DNA from: Eubacteriales bacterium
Lineage (GTDB): Bacteria; Bacillota; JASUSC01
Direction: 5' to 3'
DNA length: 63,279 bases
Assembly: GCA_030446285.1 (NCBI GenBank)
Contig: JASUSC010000002.1
Coordinates: 1 to 63,279, forward strand
Shown: in pieces, positions 47,022-57,788 of the stretch
Numbering within the stretch: position 1 is the first letter of the stretch
Layout: the number at the start of each line of letters is the position of its first letter
Position numbers and translations under genes: made by a program
Notes under the pieces: generated by a model
Databases searched by the model: none
Told to the model about the DNA's origin: nothing
What the model saw: the letters and a program-made list of their open reading frames with translations, nothing else

Positions 47022-47783
47022 CTAAAGCCGCACCGGTATTCCCCGGGCCGCGAGATACTCTTTACACTCCCGGATGGTGTACTCCTGGAAGTGGAAGATG
47101 GAAGCCGCCAGAGCTGCGTCCGCTTTCCCTTCCGTCAACCCTTCGGCAATGTGTTCCAAGTTCCCCACTCCGCCGGAAGCAATGACGGGAATCCGGACGG
47201 TTTCCGCCACCGCCCGGGTGAGGGGAATATCGAAGCCCTCCTTGGTCCCGTCCCGGTCCATGCTGGTGAGGAGAATTTCCCCGGCTCCCAACTCCTCCAC
47301 CCGCTTCGCCCATTCCACCACGTCGATACCGGTAGGAGTCCGGCCGCCGTGGATGTACACCTCCCACTTGCCGGGAATCACCGTCCGCTTGGCGTCGATG
47401 GCCACCACTATGCACTGACTGCCGAAACGGCGGGCCCCTTCGGCAATCAACTCGGGGTTCAGCACCGCCGCCGTGTTGATGGAAACTTTATCGGCCCCGG
47501 CGGTGAGCATGAGGCGCATATCCTCCACCGTGCGGATACCGCCCCCCACGGTAAAGGGGATGAAAACTTCCTCCGCCGTCCGCCGGACCACGTCCACCAT
47601 GGTCGCCCGGCCATCGGAGGAAGCGGTGATGTCTAAGAAAACCAGCTCGTCCGCCCCCTCCCGGTCATAAAGGGCGGCTAACTCCACCGGGTCGCCCGCA
47701 TCGCGCAGGTTGACGAAGTTGGTCCCTTTCACCACTCTGCCGCCGGTCACGTCTAGGCAGGGAATGATTCGCTTCATCAGCAT
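47022..47783 (-). CDS. hisF: imidazole glycerol phosphate synthase, cyclase subunit
   Basis: [19 protein letters not shown]. Confidence 0.95.
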   Translation of the reverse strand: MLMKRIIPCLDVTGGRVVKGTNFVNLRDAGDPVELAALYDREGADELVFLDITASSDGRATMVDVVRRTAEEVFIPFTVGGGIRTVEDMRLMLTAGADKVSINTAAVLNPELIAEGARRFGSQCIVVAIDAKRTVIPGKWEVYIHGGRTPTGIDVVEWAKRVEELGAGEILLTSMDRDGTKEGFDIPLTRAVAETVRIPVIASGGVGNLEHIAEGLTEGKADAALAASIFHFQEYTIRECKEYLAARGIPVRL

Positions 47784-48529
47784 CTACCCTTCCCCCCATC
47801 CTGTCCAGCCACCGCCGCCAAGGCCTCCCGCAGGTCCAGGGTGCCGTCGTAAAGGGCCTTACCGGTAATTACCCCTTCCACGCCGTCCGGTTCCAGTTCC
47901 TTCACCGCCAAGATGTGCTCCAGGGTGGACACCCCTCCGGAAGCGATGACCTTAAGACCGGTGCGTCGGGCCAGTTCCCGCGTCGCCTCTATATTGGGGC
48001 CGCGGTGAGTACCGTCGCGGCTGATGTCGGTGTAGATAACCCTGATTATACCCCTCTCCTTCATCTCCAAGGCTAAGTCCACCGCCGCGCGGGATGCCAC
48101 CTTACCCCATCCTTCCACCGCCACTTTACCGTCACGGGCATCTAATCCTAACACCACCCGTTCCGGTCCAAAGCGGCGGCAGGCCTCCTCTACCAGATCG
48201 GGGTTGGTGAGAGCTGCGGTGCCGAAAATAACCCGCCTTACCCCCAAGGACAGCCACTCCTCGGCCGTGGCCAAAGTGCGGATACCGCCGCCCAGTTCCA
48301 CCGGAATGGACACGGTATTAAGGATGGCTTTCACCGCCTCCGTGTTCACCGGCCGGCCCTGAAAGGCGCCGTCTAAGTCCACCAAATGGAGAAAACGTGC
48401 CCCCATCTCTTCCCAGCGGCGGGCCATGGCCGCCGGGTCGTCGGCATAGACCGTTTCCCGTTCCGGCCTCCCTTCTACCAGGCGCACGCAGCGGCCGCCT
48501 TTTATATCCACCGCAGGTATAATCAGCAT
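47777..48529 (-). CDS. hisA: ProFAR isomerase
   Basis: [26 protein letters not shown]. Confidence 0.95.
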   Translation of the reverse strand: MLIIPAVDIKGGRCVRLVEGRPERETVYADDPAAMARRWEEMGARFLHLVDLDGAFQGRPVNTEAVKAILNTVSIPVELGGGIRTLATAEEWLSLGVRRVIFGTAALTNPDLVEEACRRFGPERVVLGLDARDGKVAVEGWGKVASRAAVDLALEMKERGIIRVIYTDISRDGTHRGPNIEATRELARRTGLKVIASGGVSTLEHILAVKELEPDGVEGVITGKALYDGTLDLREALAAVAGQDGGKGRC

Positions 48530-49134
48530 TTTTTCACCAGCTTTCCGAAATTGTCCAGGATTTTAAGTCCCAGAGTACTGCTCTTTTCCGGATGAAACTG
48601 GATACCAAAAACGTTGCCCCTGGCCGCCACCGAAGTGAAACGCACTCCGTATTCGGTTACGGCCACGGTAATCTCCTCTTTTTCCGGGCGAACGTAGTAT
48701 GAATGAACAAAATAAAAAGCGGTGCCGTTAGGGATACCGGCAAAAAGAGGACACTCCCGCACCAGTTCCACCTGGTTCCAGCCCATGTGGGGAACCTTGA
48801 GGTCAGAAGGAAACATCACCACCCGCCCGGGGAAAATTCCCAGTCCCTGGTGACGGCCGAACTCTTCACTCTCGTCAAAAAGTAGCTGCAGTCCTAAGCA
48901 GATGCCTAAGAAGGGACGACCGCTGGCGATAAACTCCCGGATAGCCTCTACCATTCCCGCCTTACGGAGGCTCGCCATGGCATCGCCGAAAGCCCCCACC
49001 CCCGGGAGCACCAGGCCGTCCATCTGCAACGCCTCCTCCGGCGTAGTAACGATCCGTGCCGCATGTCCCATCCGGGCAAATCCCTTTTCCACGCTGCGCA
49101 GATTACCCCGGCCGTAATCAATTATCCCGATCAT
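48523..49134 (-). CDS. hisH: imidazole glycerol phosphate synthase, glutaminase subunit
   Basis: IGIIDYGRGNLRSV, GICLGLQLL, QFHPEKS. Confidence 0.95.
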   Translation of the reverse strand: MIGIIDYGRGNLRSVEKGFARMGHAARIVTTPEEALQMDGLVLPGVGAFGDAMASLRKAGMVEAIREFIASGRPFLGICLGLQLLFDESEEFGRHQGLGIFPGRVVMFPSDLKVPHMGWNQVELVRECPLFAGIPNGTAFYFVHSYYVRPEKEEITVAVTEYGVRFTSVAARGNVFGIQFHPEKSSTLGLKILDNFGKLVKKC

Positions 49135-49194
49135 ATTTTCCGCTCCTTTTCTCTTTGCCGGAAAATTTCCTGCCGGCCCTGTGGCCGGCAGAGA

Positions 49195-49788
49195 TTAGTA
49201 GATGTTTCCTTTAGTAGAAGGAACTCCGCTCACCCGCGGGTTTACGGCTACCGCCTGCCGCAGCGCCCGAGCTAAAGCCTTGAAAACCGCTTCAATACAG
49301 TGATGGGTGTTGCGTCCGGCCAGCAAGCGGACATGACAGGTGAAGGCTCCGTGGTTGACCAGCCCGCGGAGAAACTCCTCCACCAGTTCCGTATCAAACT
49401 CTCCCACCCGAGAGGCGGGTAAAGGCAGGTCGATATACAGACCGGGACGGCCGCTGATATCCACCGCCACCTGGACCAAAGCCTCGTCCATAGGTACTAA
49501 AGCCCAGCCGTAACGTTCGATCCCCGTCCCCTCGCCAATAGCCTGCTTTAGCGCCTGACCCAAACAGATGCCGGTGTCTTCCACCGTGTGGTGACCGTCC
49601 ACTTGAACGTCCCCTTCTGCCTTCACTTCCAGGTTGAAAAGGGCATGCCGTCCCAGCAGGGTCAGCATGTGGTCGAAAAAGGGTATGCCGGTCTCGACCC
49701 GGGTCCGGCCTTTCCCGTCAATATTCAGCGTTACCTTTACGTCCGTCTCTCCCGTCCGTCGGGCAACTTTCGCTTCGCGAGCACTCAT
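49195..49788 (-). CDS. hisB: imidazoleglycerol-phosphate dehydratase
   Basis: RRTGETDV, HHTVEDTGI, HHCIEAVFKALARAL. Confidence 0.95.
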   Translation of the reverse strand: MSAREAKVARRTGETDVKVTLNIDGKGRTRVETGIPFFDHMLTLLGRHALFNLEVKAEGDVQVDGHHTVEDTGICLGQALKQAIGEGTGIERYGWALVPMDEALVQVAVDISGRPGLYIDLPLPASRVGEFDTELVEEFLRGLVNHGAFTCHVRLLAGRNTHHCIEAVFKALARALRQAVAVNPRVSGVPSTKGNIY

Positions 49789-49829
49789 CGGTGGGCCTCC
49801 TTTACCCAGTTTTTATTAAGTATTCTCCC

Positions 49830-50906
49830 TCACCCCAGGACCTCCTGCAAAGCTAAAAGAAACTTTTCCCGTTCCTCCCGCTGTCCTACCGTCACCCGCA
49901 GACAGTTGTCCAAGCCCGGGGCTCCGTGCAGGTTACGGATGAGAATTCCTCGCTCTTTCAGTTCCCGGTGCACCACCGGGGCCGGTTTTTTCTCCGTGCG
50001 GAAAAGGATGTAGTTGGCCCAGGAAGGGAAAGGCTTGATTCCCGGCATAAGGAAAAGAGCCCGGTACAGCTCCTCCCGCCCGGCCACAATCTCCTGGAGA
50101 AGGGGGCGGTACAGATCCCGTCGCTTCAAGGCCACTAAAGCCGCCGTCTGAGAGAAAGTGTTGAGATTGTAGGGCTGTTTAGTGCGGAAAAGTTGCGCCG
50201 TGACTTCTCCTGCTGCAATTAAATATCCCACCCTAAAGCCGGCCAGAGCAAAAGCCTTGGAGAAAGTGCGCAGAATTACCAAGTTGGGATACTCCTTAAT
50301 TAGCGGGACAAAAGAACGGCCGTAAAACTCGAAATAAGCCTCGTCCACCACCACCAGCCCCCGGGCTTTTGCCAGCAGAAAACGCAGTTCTTCTTCCCCG
50401 AAAACAGCCCCAGTAGGGTTGTTAGGCGAAGCTAAGAAAGTTATGTGTACTTCGGGAGAAGAAATTTTCTCTGCCAGTTCTGGCAGGGGCAAAGAAAAAT
50501 CTTCCCGGCAGGGCACGGCAATTACCCGGCCGCCGGTGATGGTGGTGTGAACAGCGTACATAGAAAAGGTTGGGTAAGGGATGAGAGAAAAGGTTCCCGG
50601 TCCGCCAAAGGTAAGGAGGAGGAGCTGGATCAGTTCGTCAGAGCCGTTTCCCACTACCACCTGTTCCGGCTCCACACCGGCATAGGCAGCAATCTCCCGG
50701 CGCAACTCCTCTGCTGTCGGGTCCGGGTAGCGGGTAAGCTGGCGGGCCGCTGCCTCCCGGCAGATTTCCTCGTATAACCCGTCCGGCAAGGGATAGGGAT
50801 TTTCGTTGGCGTCTAACATGATCATGCCTTCCCGCCGGTAGGGTTCGTAGGGAACCAGTTTCTTAAGCTCCGGTCGCAGCAGCTCTTCTATTGCCGGCGG
50901 CATCAT
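49830..50906 (-). CDS. hisC: histidinol-phosphate aminotransferase
   Basis: 358 aa; LDANENPYP, SPNNPTG, TFSKAFALAG (PLP lysine). Confidence 0.93.
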   Translation of the reverse strand: MMPPAIEELLRPELKKLVPYEPYRREGMIMLDANENPYPLPDGLYEEICREAAARQLTRYPDPTAEELRREIAAYAGVEPEQVVVGNGSDELIQLLLLTFGGPGTFSLIPYPTFSMYAVHTTITGGRVIAVPCREDFSLPLPELAEKISSPEVHITFLASPNNPTGAVFGEEELRFLLAKARGLVVVDEAYFEFYGRSFVPLIKEYPNLVILRTFSKAFALAGFRVGYLIAAGEVTAQLFRTKQPYNLNTFSQTAALVALKRRDLYRPLLQEIVAGREELYRALFLMPGIKPFPSWANYILFRTEKKPAPVVHRELKERGILIRNLHGAPGLDNCLRVTVGQREEREKFLLALQEVLG

Positions 50907-52201
50907 TTTTCGCCCTCCAGGTCCAAAAGCCGCATCCGCACCGACCAGGCGTGGGCATCTAAGCCTTCCGTTTCGGCAAAGTTAACGATATCGGGTCCCT
51001 CCTCCCGCAGGCGGGCGGCGGAATAAGAGATGATGCTGGTTTTTTTCATAAAGGTTTCCACATTCAAGGGTGAATAAAAGCGGGCCGTACCGCCAGTGGG
51101 AAGGACGTGATTGGGTCCGGCCATGTAATCCCCCACCGGTTCCGGCGTGTAGTGGCCTAAGAAAACGGCCCCGGCATTTTTAATGCAACCTAAGAGTTCA
51201 AAGGGGTTGGCCACCGCTAACTCTAAATGCTCGGGGGCGTACTCGTTGGCCAGTTCTACCGCTTCCCTTAAATCGCGGGTAACGATGATGGCACTGTAGT
51301 CCCGCAGCGAAGCGGTGATTATTTCTTTCCGGGAGAGGCGGCTTATCTGCCGCATGACTTCCTGCTGCACCTTTTCCGCCAGCTCCCGGGAAGGGGTAAG
51401 AAGAACGGCCGAAGCTAAGACGTCGTGCTCCGCCTGGGAAAGGAGGTCTGCCGCCACCCAGGCCGGATTGGCCGAATCATCGGCAATGACCAGAATCTCG
51501 CTGGGACCGGCCAGCATGTCGATGTTCACCTGACCGTAGACCATCTTCTTGGCCAGAGTGACGTAAATGTTACCCGGGCCGGTGATGAGGTCCACCCGGC
51601 GGATAGTTTCCGTCCCGTAGGCCAGGGCGGCAATAGCCTGGGCTCCACCCACTTTGTAAATCTCTGTCACCCCGGCTTCCCGGGCCGCCACCAAGGACCA
51701 GGGATTCATACTGCCGTCGGCTGCCGGCGGCGCCACCATGACGATCTCTTTAACTCCGGCGACCTGGGCGGGAACGGCGTTCATCAGTACTGAGGAGGGG
51801 TAACTGGCCGTACCCCCCGGGACATAAATGCCCGCTCGCTCCACCGGCCGGATGAGCTGGCCTAAGATACTGCCGTCGGCCGCCGTCTCCAACCAGGAAT
51901 TTTGCAGTTGACGGCGGTGGTAGGCGGCGATGTTCTCCCGGGCCCGCCGGACCGCCCGCAAAAACTCCTCCGTCACCCGGCTGTAAGCCGCTTCGATTTC
52001 TTCTTCCTTCACCCGCAAATCCTCGGCCTTAAGCTGGACCCCGTCAAAGCGGGCAGTATACTCCAAAAGGGCCTCGTCTCCCCGCCGGCGCACGTTGTCC
52101 AGGATCTCCTGCACCGCCTGGATGTACTTTTCCTCATTGGCGTACTGTTTGTTAATCACTTTTCGCGTTTCCGGATGGGAACTTTCCAGCAGCCTGATCA
52201 T
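50903..52201 (-). CDS. hisD: histidinol dehydrogenase
   Basis: 432 aa; [37 protein letters not shown]. Confidence 0.95.
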   Translation of the reverse strand: MIRLLESSHPETRKVINKQYANEEKYIQAVQEILDNVRRRGDEALLEYTARFDGVQLKAEDLRVKEEEIEAAYSRVTEEFLRAVRRARENIAAYHRRQLQNSWLETAADGSILGQLIRPVERAGIYVPGGTASYPSSVLMNAVPAQVAGVKEIVMVAPPAADGSMNPWSLVAAREAGVTEIYKVGGAQAIAALAYGTETIRRVDLITGPGNIYVTLAKKMVYGQVNIDMLAGPSEILVIADDSANPAWVAADLLSQAEHDVLASAVLLTPSRELAEKVQQEVMRQISRLSRKEIITASLRDYSAIIVTRDLREAVELANEYAPEHLELAVANPFELLGCIKNAGAVFLGHYTPEPVGDYMAGPNHVLPTGGTARFYSPLNVETFMKKTSIISYSAARLREEGPDIVNFAETEGLDAHAWSVRMRLLDLEGEK

Positions 52202-52848
52202 CCGGCCACCACCTCCTTGATTTTTTCCAGCAGGGGCATTATCCTCTCCCCTTTTACCTGATAACTCACCCGGTTGGCGATGAGACGGGCCGTAGCCGCA
52301 AAGATTTCCGCCACCTCTACCAGCCGGTTTTCCCGCAAAGTGCGCCCGGTGGATACCAGGTCCACTATCATCTCCGCCAGTCCCACCAGCGGCGCCAGCT
52401 CTACATTACCGTGGAGTTTGATAATTTCCACCTGCATTCCCTGGGCGGCAAAAAATTTTTCCGCCACCCGGGGAAACTTGGTCGCCACCCGCGGCAGGTG
52501 GTACTCCCGCCAGTCCTGAACTGCCGCCACCTCTTCCGGCATGGCCACGACAAAGCGGCAGTAGCCGTAGCCCAGGTCCAGGAGTTCATAAACGTCTTTC
52601 TCCTGTTCCTCAATGATATCCTTCCCCACCAACCCGATGTCCGCAGCGCCGTACTCGACAAAGGTAGGAATATCAGTGGGCCGGCAGATGATATAGCGTA
52701 CCTTAGCTTCCTCCTCCACGAAAAAAAGACGTCGTCCGTTCTCCTGGAGCTGACCCACAGGCAGCCCAACTCTGGCCAGCAACTCTACTGAAGAAGAAAA
52801 AAGAGTTCCTTTGGGCAGAGCTATAGTCAACCATTTTTGCTCACTCAT
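52198..52848 (-). CDS. hisG: ATP phosphoribosyltransferase, short (HisZ-dependent) form
   Basis: 216 aa; [34 protein letters not shown]. There is no C-terminal regulatory domain. Confidence 0.95.
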   Translation of the reverse strand: MSEQKWLTIALPKGTLFSSSVELLARVGLPVGQLQENGRRLFFVEEEAKVRYIICRPTDIPTFVEYGAADIGLVGKDIIEEQEKDVYELLDLGYGYCRFVVAMPEEVAAVQDWREYHLPRVATKFPRVAEKFFAAQGMQVEIIKLHGNVELAPLVGLAEMIVDLVSTGRTLRENRLVEVAEIFAATARLIANRVSYQVKGERIMPLLEKIKEVVAG

Positions 52849-52876
52849 TTTTTCTCGTTCCCTTCTTTTAGTCCTT

Positions 52877-52896
52877 TATCACGTTAAAGTGATAAC
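52877..52896. promoter_or_regulatory. 20-bp perfect palindrome (candidate operator) between the promoter and hisG
   Basis: TTATCAC-GTTAAA-GTGATAA. On the minus strand a tandem ATGTTATC-ATGTTATC precedes it, giving three TTATCA half-sites in all. Confidence 0.55.
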
Positions 52897-52912
52897 ATGA
52901 TAACATACTAAA

Positions 52913-52941
52913 AGTATAAAACGCCACCTTCCTCCTGTCAA
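52913..52941 (-). promoter_or_regulatory. strong sigma-A-type internal promoter for hisGDCBHAF-IE
   Basis: Minus strand reads TTGACA (52941-52936) - 17 nt - TATACT (52918-52913), in the 123-bp hisZ-hisG gap. Confidence 0.75.
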
Positions 52942-52971
52942 CCCGAAAAATAAAAAGGGCAGAAAAAGCCC

Positions 52972-54147
52972 TCACCCCAGATAGACCAGCTCTCCCCGGC
53001 GCCGGCGGGCCTGCTCTTCCGCCACTGCTTTCTCTTCTGCTGCCACCGCCAGTACCGTCCGCTTCCCTTCCTCCCGCAAACGGAGAGCCAAAGCAATGGC
53101 TTCCTTCTCCCGCCCGGGAGCATAGCCCACGTACACTATTTTCCCCTCACCACTGCGCCGCGGCTGCTCCCGCTCCAGGGCCAGCAGCACCCGCTCCAAC
53201 CCTAAGGCAAAACCCACCGCCGGCTGGGGCCAACCGAACCGTCCGAGCAGATGCCCGTAACTCCCGCCGCCTAAGATGGGATAACCCAGGGCCGGCGAAA
53301 ATCCTTCAAAAACAAGCCCGGTGTAATATCCCAGTCCGCGCAGCAGCCCTAAATCTAAGGTGATATAATCTTCTACCCCGTACCCTGCCAGAAAAGAAAA
53401 AATTTCCTCCAGTTCGGCCACCGTAGCCTCCATGGCTTCCCCCGCCGCAAGCTCCTTAAGCCGGGGCAAAATTTCCCGCCCGCCTCGCAGGCGGAGAATC
53501 GTCAGGGCTGCTTCTTTCTGAGAGCCAGCATAGCGGTTGAGAATCAACTCCACCGCCACAAAATTCCTGGCCTGCACCGCCTCCCGCAGCTCCTGCCGGG
53601 CTTCCGGCGGTAAGCCCAGCCAATCTACCAGGCCGTTAAACACCCCTACATGCCCGGCACTCAGAGTAAACTCTTTCAAACCGCAAGCCCGCAGAGCTTC
53701 CACCGCTAAGGCAAGAACTTCGGCCACGGCTGCACCACTCCCGGAACCGATGAGCTCCACCCCGGCCTGGTGGTACTCCCGCTGGCGTCCCTTTTGCGGA
53801 TCTTCCTGCCCAAAGACTCCAGCTAAGTAAAAGAGACGCAGGGGTAACGGCTCCTGTTTCAGTCGGGTTGCAGCCAGACGGGCAATGGGAGTGGTCATAT
53901 CCGGCCGCAGGGCTAAGGCCCTCCCCTGGTGGTCAAAAAATTTGTACATCATTTCCTCCTGATTGTGACCGGCGGTGAGAACCTCTAAGTACTCAATAGC
54001 CGGAGTAATAACTTCCCGGTACCCCCAGACAGAAAAAAGGTCCGCCAGAACATTTTCCAGCCGGCGTTTCTTCTCCGCCTCCCCGGGTAGCCAGTCCTTC
54101 ATGCCCGGGGGTATTTGAAAGTAAGCTCTTTCCTTGCCGTTGCTCAT
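52972..54147 (-). CDS. hisZ: ATP phosphoribosyltransferase regulatory subunit (HisS paralogue)
   Basis: 391 aa class-II aaRS-like fold (PPGMKDWLP, RLFYLAGVF) without an anticodon-binding domain, paired with a short hisG. Confidence 0.9.
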   Translation of the reverse strand: MSNGKERAYFQIPPGMKDWLPGEAEKKRRLENVLADLFSVWGYREVITPAIEYLEVLTAGHNQEEMMYKFFDHQGRALALRPDMTTPIARLAATRLKQEPLPLRLFYLAGVFGQEDPQKGRQREYHQAGVELIGSGSGAAVAEVLALAVEALRACGLKEFTLSAGHVGVFNGLVDWLGLPPEARQELREAVQARNFVAVELILNRYAGSQKEAALTILRLRGGREILPRLKELAAGEAMEATVAELEEIFSFLAGYGVEDYITLDLGLLRGLGYYTGLVFEGFSPALGYPILGGGSYGHLLGRFGWPQPAVGFALGLERVLLALEREQPRRSGEGKIVYVGYAPGREKEAIALALRLREEGKRTVLAVAAEEKAVAEEQARRRRGELVYLG

Positions 54148-54515
54148 TCCTTCGCACCCTTCCCGCTTTTATTTGCGTCTTTTTCTCCTTTACCTTCTTC
54201 TGCCCTCTTCCGGCGCTGTTCCAGTTTCTTCATCCGTTCCAGCACCAGCCGGTAGCCGTCCGCCCCGTAAAAGAGAGCCCGCTTCACCCGACTGATGGTA
54301 GCCGTACTGGCTTTTGTTCGCTCGACAATTTCCCCGTAAGTTCTCTCCTCCTGTAGCATCCGGGCCACTTCTAATCGTTGCGCCATAGATTTCAGTTCCG
54401 CCACCGTACACAGGTCTTCAAAAAAGCAATAACATTCTTCTACCGTACGCAGTAGGAGAATGGCCTGAAAAAGCTGATCCAGCAGAGGGTCTTTGAGCTT
54501 TTCGTTTACGGGCAC
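54144..54515 (-). CDS. YerC/YecD-family TrpR-like DNA-binding protein (candidate his regulator)
   Basis: 123 aa, GTG start after AAAGGGAGGG; LFQAILLLRTVEECYCFFEDLCTVAELKSMAQRLEVARML..G.TY.EI...T.ASTATISRVKR is typical YerC/YecD. Its stop overlaps the hisZ start (ATGA). Confidence 0.85.
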   Translation of the reverse strand: MPVNEKLKDPLLDQLFQAILLLRTVEECYCFFEDLCTVAELKSMAQRLEVARMLQEERTYGEIVERTKASTATISRVKRALFYGADGYRLVLERMKKLEQRRKRAEEGKGEKDANKSGKGAKE

Positions 54516-54540
54516 GGGGCATCCCTCCCTTTACAGGAAA

Positions 54541-54569
54541 ATTATAACCCAGCCCCGGCAGTGCGGCAA
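54541..54569 (-). promoter_or_regulatory. sigma-A-type promoter for yerC-hisZ
   Basis: Minus strand reads TTGCCG (54569-54564) - 17 nt - TATAAT (54546-54541). Confidence 0.7.
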
Positions 54570-54823
54570 CTTTTTTGCTTTAATTTTTTAAAATAGTAAA
54601 CAGGAAAAGGACCCATCCCCCTTTCCCTCTTTTTCCCCACTAACTCATCTTTCGGAAAATGCTTTCTCTAACCAACCCGGGATTATCACTTTTCCCTTTT
54701 CTTGCATAACAGGAAAAGCTAAAAATAGCCCCGTTGATATGCAAAAATTGTTTAAAAAATTTGCCAAAATCATGTTAACAGCGGAAAACCTTGGTGAAAA
54801 CAAAAAGCCGCTCCCTGCGGCAT

Positions 54824-56209
54824 CTATTCTGCCACCGGCGGCAGGTAAACGGTAAAACTAGTACCGCCGTTCACCCGGCTTTCCACTTCAATCCGCCCGC
54901 CGTGGGCCTCAACGATGTGTTTGACGATGGCCAGACCCAATCCGGTACCTCCCAGCTCCCGGGAGCGGGCCTTGTCTGCCCGGTAAAAGCGCTCAAAAAT
55001 GCGAGGCAAGCTCTCCGGCGGTATCCCAATCCCCGTGTCGGCCACCTGGAGAACGAGATTATCCCCTTCTCCCCACACCGCCACTTTTATTTTTCCGCCG
55101 TCGGGGGTATATTTGATGGCATTGTCCAGCAGGTTGATAAGCATCTGCCCCATCATATCCCGGTCTGCCGGCACCGGAGGCAGATCTTCCGCCACCTTTA
55201 CCTCTACCTCTAAATTTTTCCCCTGAACCAGAGGCGCGAGCATGGAGACCACTTCCCCCACCAACCGATGCCAGTCAAGCAGCTTCCGGTTGGGCTCCCG
55301 CCGCCGAGACTCCAGGGCCGAAAGGCTGAGAAGGTCGTTGATGAGGCGGGTGAGACGTTCCGCTTCATCGTGAATAATCTGGAGAAAATGGCGGGCCACC
55401 GTGGGATCTTCCAGAGCCCCGTCGAGAAGGGTTTCGGTAAAACCGCGGATGGAAGTAAGGGGCGTCCGCAGTTCGTGGGAAACATTGGCTACGAACTCAC
55501 TGCGCATCTGCTCTAACCGCCGCAGTTCGGAAATATCGCGCAGAACCACCACAAAACCGGCCATCTCCTCCCCCCGTCGCAGGGGCACCAGTTGCACCCG
55601 AAAAATGCGGGGATCAGGCATCAAAAAGGACATCTCCACCGCCTGGTGGATGTTTTCTTCCAGTGCTTTTCTAATCAGGCGTTCTAGTTCATAATTACGA
55701 ATAACTTCGATAACGTTGCGTCCTACGGCCTCCTCCGCCGTCACCCGGAACAGTTTTTCCACCACCGGGTTGATGAGAATGATGTTCCCCTGGCGGTCGA
55801 TGGCCAGCACCCCTTCGTCCATACTGGAAAGGATGGCCGCTAATTTGTTGCGCTCTTCGGTAATCTGGTCGATGTTCTCTTTCAGCCGGCGAGCCATGTT
55901 GTTGAGACTGGCGGCAAGAATGCCGATTTCATCCCGCGAAGAGATCCTGATCTCCTGCTCCAGGTCCCCTTCGGCCATCCGCTGCGCCACTTCGGTAATC
56001 CGGCGCAGGGGCTCCATTACTTCCCGCACCACCCTGTACACTACAAAAAAGGAAAGGAGCAAAACGAGAAAGACTGATATTTCCGCCACCTGTTTGCTTA
56101 TCTGGAGAAAATCCCATACCCGTAGGGGGCTTAAGAGAAAGCCGCCTAAAAAAAACAAAAGAGCCATCAGGGCCACAATTTTTACCGCCGTTTTGCTCTC
56201 CAGCTTCAC
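54824..56209 (-). CDS. sensor histidine kinase (TM-HAMP-PAS-HisKA-HATPase; PhoR/WalK-like)
   Basis: 461 aa; the HAMP segment, SHELRTPLTSIRGF (H-box), DNAIKYTP (N-box), DTGIGIP and GGTGLGLAIV (G-boxes). Confidence 0.9.
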   Translation of the reverse strand: MKLESKTAVKIVALMALLFFLGGFLLSPLRVWDFLQISKQVAEISVFLVLLLSFFVVYRVVREVMEPLRRITEVAQRMAEGDLEQEIRISSRDEIGILAASLNNMARRLKENIDQITEERNKLAAILSSMDEGVLAIDRQGNIILINPVVEKLFRVTAEEAVGRNVIEVIRNYELERLIRKALEENIHQAVEMSFLMPDPRIFRVQLVPLRRGEEMAGFVVVLRDISELRRLEQMRSEFVANVSHELRTPLTSIRGFTETLLDGALEDPTVARHFLQIIHDEAERLTRLINDLLSLSALESRRREPNRKLLDWHRLVGEVVSMLAPLVQGKNLEVEVKVAEDLPPVPADRDMMGQMLINLLDNAIKYTPDGGKIKVAVWGEGDNLVLQVADTGIGIPPESLPRIFERFYRADKARSRELGGTGLGLAIVKHIVEAHGGRIEVESRVNGGTSFTVYLPPVAE

Positions 56210-56228
56210 CCGTTTCGCCCCCGTCTAA

Positions 56229-56954
56229 CTAGTGTCCGTTTTTCTCTTCACCGTGCTCTTTCATCCGGTAGCCCACACCCCGCACCGTTTCGATGCAGTC
56301 CTCCGCCCCTGCTTCCGCCAGTTTTTGGCGCAGGTGACGGATGTGGACATCCACGGTACGGGTATCGCCAGTGTAATCGTAGCCCCACACTTTTTCCAGA
56401 AGGTGCTCGCGGGTGAACACCTTCCCCGGCTGACCCGCCAAAACCCGCAGCAGCTCAAACTCCTTGGGAGTAAGCTCCAAACGCCTTTCGCCGCAGAAGG
56501 CCTGAAAACGCTGCAGGTCGATGAGAATAGCACCGCAGCGGATAGTCTCTTTCCCTTCTTTATTCTCTTCCCGACGTTGCCGGCGGAGGCGCGCTTTCAC
56601 CCGGGCCACTAATTCCCGCGGACTGAAGGGCTTGGTAATGTAGTCGTCAGCTCCCAACTCCAGCCCCAGGACCCGGTCCACTTCCTCACCCCGGGCCGTG
56701 AGCATAATGATGGGAATATGGCTGGTTTCAGCGTCTTGCTGCAACAACCGGCAAATCTCGTACCCGTCGATTTCTGGCAGCATAATATCCAAGATAATCA
56801 AATCCGGCTTTTTCTCCCTGGCAGCTTTCAGCCCTTCGCTGCCACGACCGGCCGCAATTACCTCGTAGCCCTCCCGCTCTAAATTGAACCGCACCAGCTC
56901 AACAATATTGGGTTCGTCATCCACCACTAAAATTTTGGCCGCCACCGGGCTCAC
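56229..56954 (-). CDS. OmpR/PhoB-family response regulator
   Basis: 241 aa; VVDDE, IILDIMLPEIDG, KPFSPREL; winged-helix C-domain LTPKEFELL...TVDVHIRHLRQKL. Confidence 0.92.
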   Translation of the reverse strand: MSPVAAKILVVDDEPNIVELVRFNLEREGYEVIAAGRGSEGLKAAREKKPDLIILDIMLPEIDGYEICRLLQQDAETSHIPIIMLTARGEEVDRVLGLELGADDYITKPFSPRELVARVKARLRRQRREENKEGKETIRCGAILIDLQRFQAFCGERRLELTPKEFELLRVLAGQPGKVFTREHLLEKVWGYDYTGDTRTVDVHIRHLRQKLAEAGAEDCIETVRGVGYRMKEHGEEKNGH

Positions 56955-56960
56955 CCCCGT

Positions 56961-57788
56961 TTACAGCAATCCAATAAAAGCCGCCATCCGCCCCGTTTTT
57001 CCCCCTTCGCCGCGGTGGGAAAAGAAGAGGTCCCGGCGGCAGGATGTGCACATTCCAGCCCTGAAAACGTTTTCCTCCTTTATGCCGCTGGCCAAAAGTT
57101 GGCGGCAGGCCGCTCCAGCGGGATCAAACCAGAAATGACCGGGCCGGGAAGGTCGAAAAACCTCTCCTAAAGAAGGGAAATTTCGCGTGACCTCATCCTT
57201 TACCTTTTCGTCTACCTCGTAACAGCAGGAGTCAATAGCCGGCCCTATGCCCGCCATAATATCTTCCACCCGGCACCCCGCCTCCTCCACCATAACTTCC
57301 ACCGTCCGGGGGCCGATACCATGAGCAATACCCCGCCAGCCGGCATGGCTTACCGCCACCACCCGCCGCACCGGGTCCAAAAAAAAGAGCGGAACACAGT
57401 CAGCATAAAAAGTTGTCAGCACTATTCCCTTCTCAGCCGTCACCAGACCGTCGGTGGCGGGTAAAGCACTCTCCCGGTCCAAAGCTCCTCTTCCCGCTTC
57501 CTCCTGGCCGACCACAGCCACATGCTGCCCGTGCACCTGCTCCCCGGTTACCACTTTCTCCGGGCTGAAGTCTGCAGCCGCCGCCAAACGCCGGCGGTTT
57601 TCCCGGACTCGCTCCGGATCATCCCCCACGTGAAAGGCCAGGTTGAGGGAAGAGTACGGCCCCTCACTCACCCCGCCGTGGCGGGAAGTAAAGCCCTGCC
57701 GTACCAGCCCGGTCGCCAAAAACTCTTCTATGGCCAAATAAACTACCCCGTTGGGGGCCTTAATTTTTCTCCAGCCCAAAGGTAACAC
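56961..57788 (-). CDS. pgeF: peptidoglycan editing factor PgeF (YfiH/YlmD, DUF152 laccase-domain protein)
   Basis: 275 aa; FTSRHGGVSEGPYSSLNL, TADCVPLFF, SHAGWRG, CTSC. Confidence 0.88.
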   Translation of the reverse strand: MLPLGWRKIKAPNGVVYLAIEEFLATGLVRQGFTSRHGGVSEGPYSSLNLAFHVGDDPERVRENRRRLAAAADFSPEKVVTGEQVHGQHVAVVGQEEAGRGALDRESALPATDGLVTAEKGIVLTTFYADCVPLFFLDPVRRVVAVSHAGWRGIAHGIGPRTVEVMVEEAGCRVEDIMAGIGPAIDSCCYEVDEKVKDEVTRNFPSLGEVFRPSRPGHFWFDPAGAACRQLLASGIKEENVFRAGMCTSCRRDLFFSHRGEGGKTGRMAAFIGLL

